Below are positions 24,263 through 25,916 of a stretch of 25,916 nucleotides of DNA, piece after piece. Each line of letters starts with the position of its first letter. The stretch's first letter is position 1. The translations under genes were made by a program, and so were the position numbers. Origin of the DNA: a virus (Duplodnaviria; Caudoviricetes); IMG/VR virus record IMGVR_UViG_3300030376_007034, positions 1 to 25,916 of that record. The stretch is one strand, 5' to 3'. Below the pieces are notes generated by a model. That model did not search any database, was not told the DNA's origin, and saw only the letters and a list, made by a program, of their open reading frames with translations.

Positions 24263-24865
24263 ATGGCAGACAAGAACGCAGGCAACACCGAAATTGTACA
24301 AAAAGCCTTAGACCTGAACGCGCAAGGCATGACCAACGCTGCTATTGGCAGACACCTTGGAGTACACCAAAACACCGTTCGTCGTTGGTTTCGTAAGCTA
24401 GGATTGCCTCCAAAGAAAGCAGGATTTAGTCTCCCCAAGCCTTCTGCCGACAAAGACGAGCTAAAAGAAAAACTGGAGGTCAAGCTCTCCGATATGACAC
24501 AGCAGGCTGCGGCAGAAGCAAGGCTCGCCCAGTCGGAAGCAGAGGACAAAATCTTGTCGGAGATTGCAGAATCACAAAACTCTCCTGCTGATAAGTACCA
24601 GCACTATATCGCCGCCTCAGGGATTAAACTCCTGAGAGATAGTATGACTCATGTGCGCGGCCCGCGAACTATACGCGAGATGTCGGAGCTAGATCAGCTT
24701 ATCCGACGCAACTTGGGCCTCAACGCTAAGACCGGCGGCGGTGCGAGTCGTATGCAAATAGACATTTCAATCCTTAATAACTCTACGGACGAGGACGGAA
24801 AGAAACGTGTTTCCGACAAACCCATCATCGACGTAGAGGACACCAAAGCCGATGACATGGGGTGA
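24263..24865 (+). CDS. HTH protein, probable terminase small subunit
   Basis: N-terminal HTH GMTNAAIGRHLGVHQNTVRRW, central helical region, then ELDQLIRRNLGL...MQIDISIL and an acidic tail, which is TerS-like architecture. Adjacent to terL. Confidence 0.6.
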   Translation: MADKNAGNTEIVQKALDLNAQGMTNAAIGRHLGVHQNTVRRWFRKLGLPPKKAGFSLPKPSADKDELKEKLEVKLSDMTQQAAAEARLAQSEAEDKILSEIAESQNSPADKYQHYIAASGIKLLRDSMTHVRGPRTIREMSELDQLIRRNLGLNAKTGGGASRMQIDISILNNSTDEDGKKRVSDKPIIDVEDTKADDMG

Positions 24866-25124
24866 CCGTTTTAGTATCGCTTTTGAAGGCCCAGACGACA
24901 AAGAAGGCCACTACGTTATCGCTCTCTTAGAAGAGCTGGAAGACGCATACATGGGCGTTATCCGACACCCCAATGGCCCACCAATAGCATGCTACAGCCA
25001 CGAATTGTCTGCACATATACTGTCGGACAAGTGGCGTATGTCTAAGGCGTCGGCGTCTAATTTGATTGACTATCTAGCTCAAAACGTTAAAGGTGATGCC
25101 GCCCCAGCGTTCTTAAAGACCTAA
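24852..25124 (+). CDS. Hypothetical phage protein (90 aa)
   Basis: Overlap-coupled to the upstream gene. DAYMGVI...PPIACYS pattern; function unknown. Confidence 0.7.
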   Translation: MTWGDRFSIAFEGPDDKEGHYVIALLEELEDAYMGVIRHPNGPPIACYSHELSAHILSDKWRMSKASASNLIDYLAQNVKGDAAPAFLKT

Positions 25125-25130
25125 TGAGAG

Positions 25131-25361
25131 ATGTTTGCAAATCGACAAGTGGTACTAAACCCTGTCGTATTAAAACGACACAAGTTGTTTGAGAACAAAT
25201 TTCTGTACAGGTCTTCAATAGCAGAAGGGGTTTTTTGCAAAGTCATCCCCGCTACATGGAAAGAAATCTCCTATATAAAGCTGTTGGAGAAGGGAGTTGC
25301 CTACGAGGTTCCTTACGAGGGGGATGGACTGTTGATAAGAGACAGCGCCATGCCTAGATGA
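25131..25361 (+). CDS. Hypothetical protein (76 aa)
   Basis: Fills the gap in a tightly packed + strand run. Confidence 0.6.
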   Translation: MFANRQVVLNPVVLKRHKLFENKFLYRSSIAEGVFCKVIPATWKEISYIKLLEKGVAYEVPYEGDGLLIRDSAMPR

Positions 25362-25690
25362 ATACCGAAGAATTACTTGCGATACATGAGGAAACCTGCA
25401 CCGCAGCGCAGGATATTATGCGCCGCAAGAACTCTGACTACACTGGCGGGTCCAAAGCCACAGATGCGCTGGCTAACTTCAAAGCATCTTTAGCCCTCAA
25501 CCTGCACCCTGTAACCGGACTCCTGCTCCGTGTTCAGGACAAGATCATGAGGATACGGTCATTCGTGGCCGATGGGGAACTTCGCGTGATGAACGAATCT
25601 GTAGAGGATGCGTGTGATGACATTGTAAATTACGCCATCCTTTGCAAAGCACTGTTGCGGGAAGAAGCAGAAAACAAAAGTAAAGAGTAA
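25358..25690 (+). CDS. DUF1599 / nucleotide modification-associated domain 1 (Nmad1)-like all-alpha protein
   Basis: RRKNSDY...LANF...RVQDKIMRI...ESVEDACDDIVNYAIL is the characteristic KN.DY / DK..R / ES..D...D..NYA signature. Confidence 0.8.
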   Translation: MNTEELLAIHEETCTAAQDIMRRKNSDYTGGSKATDALANFKASLALNLHPVTGLLLRVQDKIMRIRSFVADGELRVMNESVEDACDDIVNYAILCKALLREEAENKSKE

Positions 25691-25908
25691 TGGAAGCTAC
25701 GATTAAAGAAGCAAGAAAAACTGTGTGCGCTAGTGAATGCAAGGTATTGGCTAAATGGTTACAAGCGAGAGCAAAGCTAATCGAAGAGGGCCTTACCGAT
25801 GACGAAAACACTCTAGCAGTACTTGGCCGGTATGTTGGTCGGATCAAAGCTGACGTAGACAAAGCTGGTTGGGTAGCGGAAGTGGAAGAACTAGAACACG
25901 CCGAGTGA
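25690..25908 (+). CDS. Hypothetical protein (72 aa)
   Basis: TAATG coupling with the upstream gene. Confidence 0.65.
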   Translation: MEATIKEARKTVCASECKVLAKWLQARAKLIEEGLTDDENTLAVLGRYVGRIKADVDKAGWVAEVEELEHAE

Positions 25909-25916
25909 TAGTCGGT

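Noticed and set aside
24230-24301. N-terminal extension of terL from 24301
   Set aside because: Would overlap the divergent HTH gene; ATG 24229 gives a cleaner start.
1-25916. Alternative genetic code, tRNAs, integrase, introns or inteins
   Set aside because: Genes tile densely under the standard code using TAA, TAG and TGA stops. No cloverleaf, recombinase motif or splicing signature was recognised, and terL appears uninterrupted.

Overview
Segment of a tailed dsDNA bacteriophage genome (Caudoviricetes, probably podovirus-like) with three blocks. (1) About 1-8.4 kb, + strand, early/accessory arm: a metallophosphoesterase, an AAA_33/N4BP2-like kinase, then a strong sigma70-type promoter driving a DUF3150-like protein, a MoxR-like AAA+ ATPase with atypical Walker motifs (GKD / FINE), a DUF2201-type HExxH peptidase-VWA protein, several hypotheticals and a DnaA domain IV-like HTH protein. 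This arm carries three identical copies of a 15-bp palindrome-based motif (TCAAACGTTTGACAA). (2) About 8.3-21.2 kb, - strand: a small basic protein and three putative internal virion/ejection proteins, including a 3473-aa giant with membrane-like segments, zincin-like domains and clustered beta-clamp-binding-like peptides. (3) About 21.3-25.9 kb: a stand-alone HExxH protein, terminase large subunit arranged head-to-head with a probable small subunit, and a DUF1599/Nmad1-like gene. No tRNA, rRNA, CRISPR array, integrase or transposase was seen. All family assignments come from motif recognition by eye, not from database searches.
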